Shown here piece by piece: positions 63,744 through 64,000 of a stretch of DNA of 64,000 bases. Location of the stretch: contig OZ244068.1 in NCBI GenBank assembly GCA_965215615.1, positions 2,558,504 to 2,622,503 on the forward strand, read 5' to 3'. Each line of letters starts with the position of its first letter. Position 1 is the stretch's first letter. Source of the stretch: Vicinamibacteria bacterium (lineage in GTDB: Bacteria; Acidobacteriota; Vicinamibacteria; Marinacidobacterales; Marinacidobacteraceae). The notes below the pieces were generated by a model. The model saw only the letters and a program-made list of their open reading frames with translations. It did no database searches and was not told the origin of the DNA. Both the position numbers and the translations under genes were made by a program.

Positions 63744-64000
63744 TCAACTGCCTGAGAACTTTTTTGCCAGCTTCTCGAGTGATCCCGTAGGCAACGCGAT
63801 CCAACCTTCCCGCTCAGCGGCATCTTCCATGCCGTCCGGAATCGGCTCGACGAGTTTCTCGTCCACCATGAGCGCAACCAATGCGGAGGCAAGCGCATCC
63901 ACGACATGGTCGCTCCTGAGAGCCTGTCTTTTGAGATCCCGTGCCTCGGTGCGATTCAACAGATCGCCTGCCACATCCGCGCACACTTCAGCGTCCTTTT
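63744..64000 (-). CDS. Hypothetical protein, C-terminal part (gene continues beyond the window end); possible RNase-H-like/YqgF-like fold
   Basis: …DLLNRTEARDLKRQALRSDHVVDALASALVAL… loosely resembles the C-terminal helix of RuvC/YqgF-like nucleases. This is very tentative. Confidence 0.25.
   Translation of the reverse strand, partial: KDAEVCADVAGDLLNRTEARDLKRQALRSDHVVDALASALVALMVDEKLVEPIPDGMEDAAEREGWIALPTGSLEKLAKKFSGS

Overview
This is a high-GC (~70%) bacterial chromosomal window with about 70 protein-coding genes. I found no rRNA genes or CRISPR arrays, and I could not recognise a tRNA by eye.

The first ~7.6 kb looks like a decayed integrated island. It holds a tyrosine integrase next to clustered direct repeats, a lower-GC secreted Pro-Ala-linker protein, an intact IS5-family element that appears to have landed in an IS3-family orfA, and a transposase fragment. 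It also holds a ~187-bp MITE with 20-bp terminal inverted repeats and TTAA flanks, and a membrane protein built from six 33-bp (11-aa) tandem repeats. A second copy of the MITE splits an AAA-ATPase/PD-(D/E)XK gene at 13.1 kb.

The backbone encodes ordinary metabolism and transport: APC and MFS transporters, RidA, DinB, two amidases, FAH, D-2-hydroxyacid dehydrogenase, DapF, PckA, PQQ dehydrogenases, a SorAB-like sulfite dehydrogenase with rubrerythrin and a DUF3501/CCG Fe-S pair, a NADH-dehydrogenase-like::SelD fusion, and a response-regulator-PP2C / binding-protein / histidine-kinase signalling module.

Accessory highlights:
- Three near-identical, directly abutting tandem copies of a Uma2-family (DUF820) endonuclease gene that differ in the number of 24-bp repeat units.
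- A low-GC GmrSD-like (DUF262/DUF1524) type IV restriction gene inserted precisely between two PQQ dehydrogenase genes.
- Three intact VapBC/Phd-type toxin-antitoxin loci and one decayed one.
- A 989-aa protein with three tandem AAA+ modules.
- A translationally coupled five-gene operon (PIN toxin, RHH antitoxin, HD hydrolase, AlbA_2+HATPase_c_4 Schlafen-like ATPase, ParA-like ATPase) inside a defence-island-like neighbourhood. This operon is my best candidate for an undescribed system.
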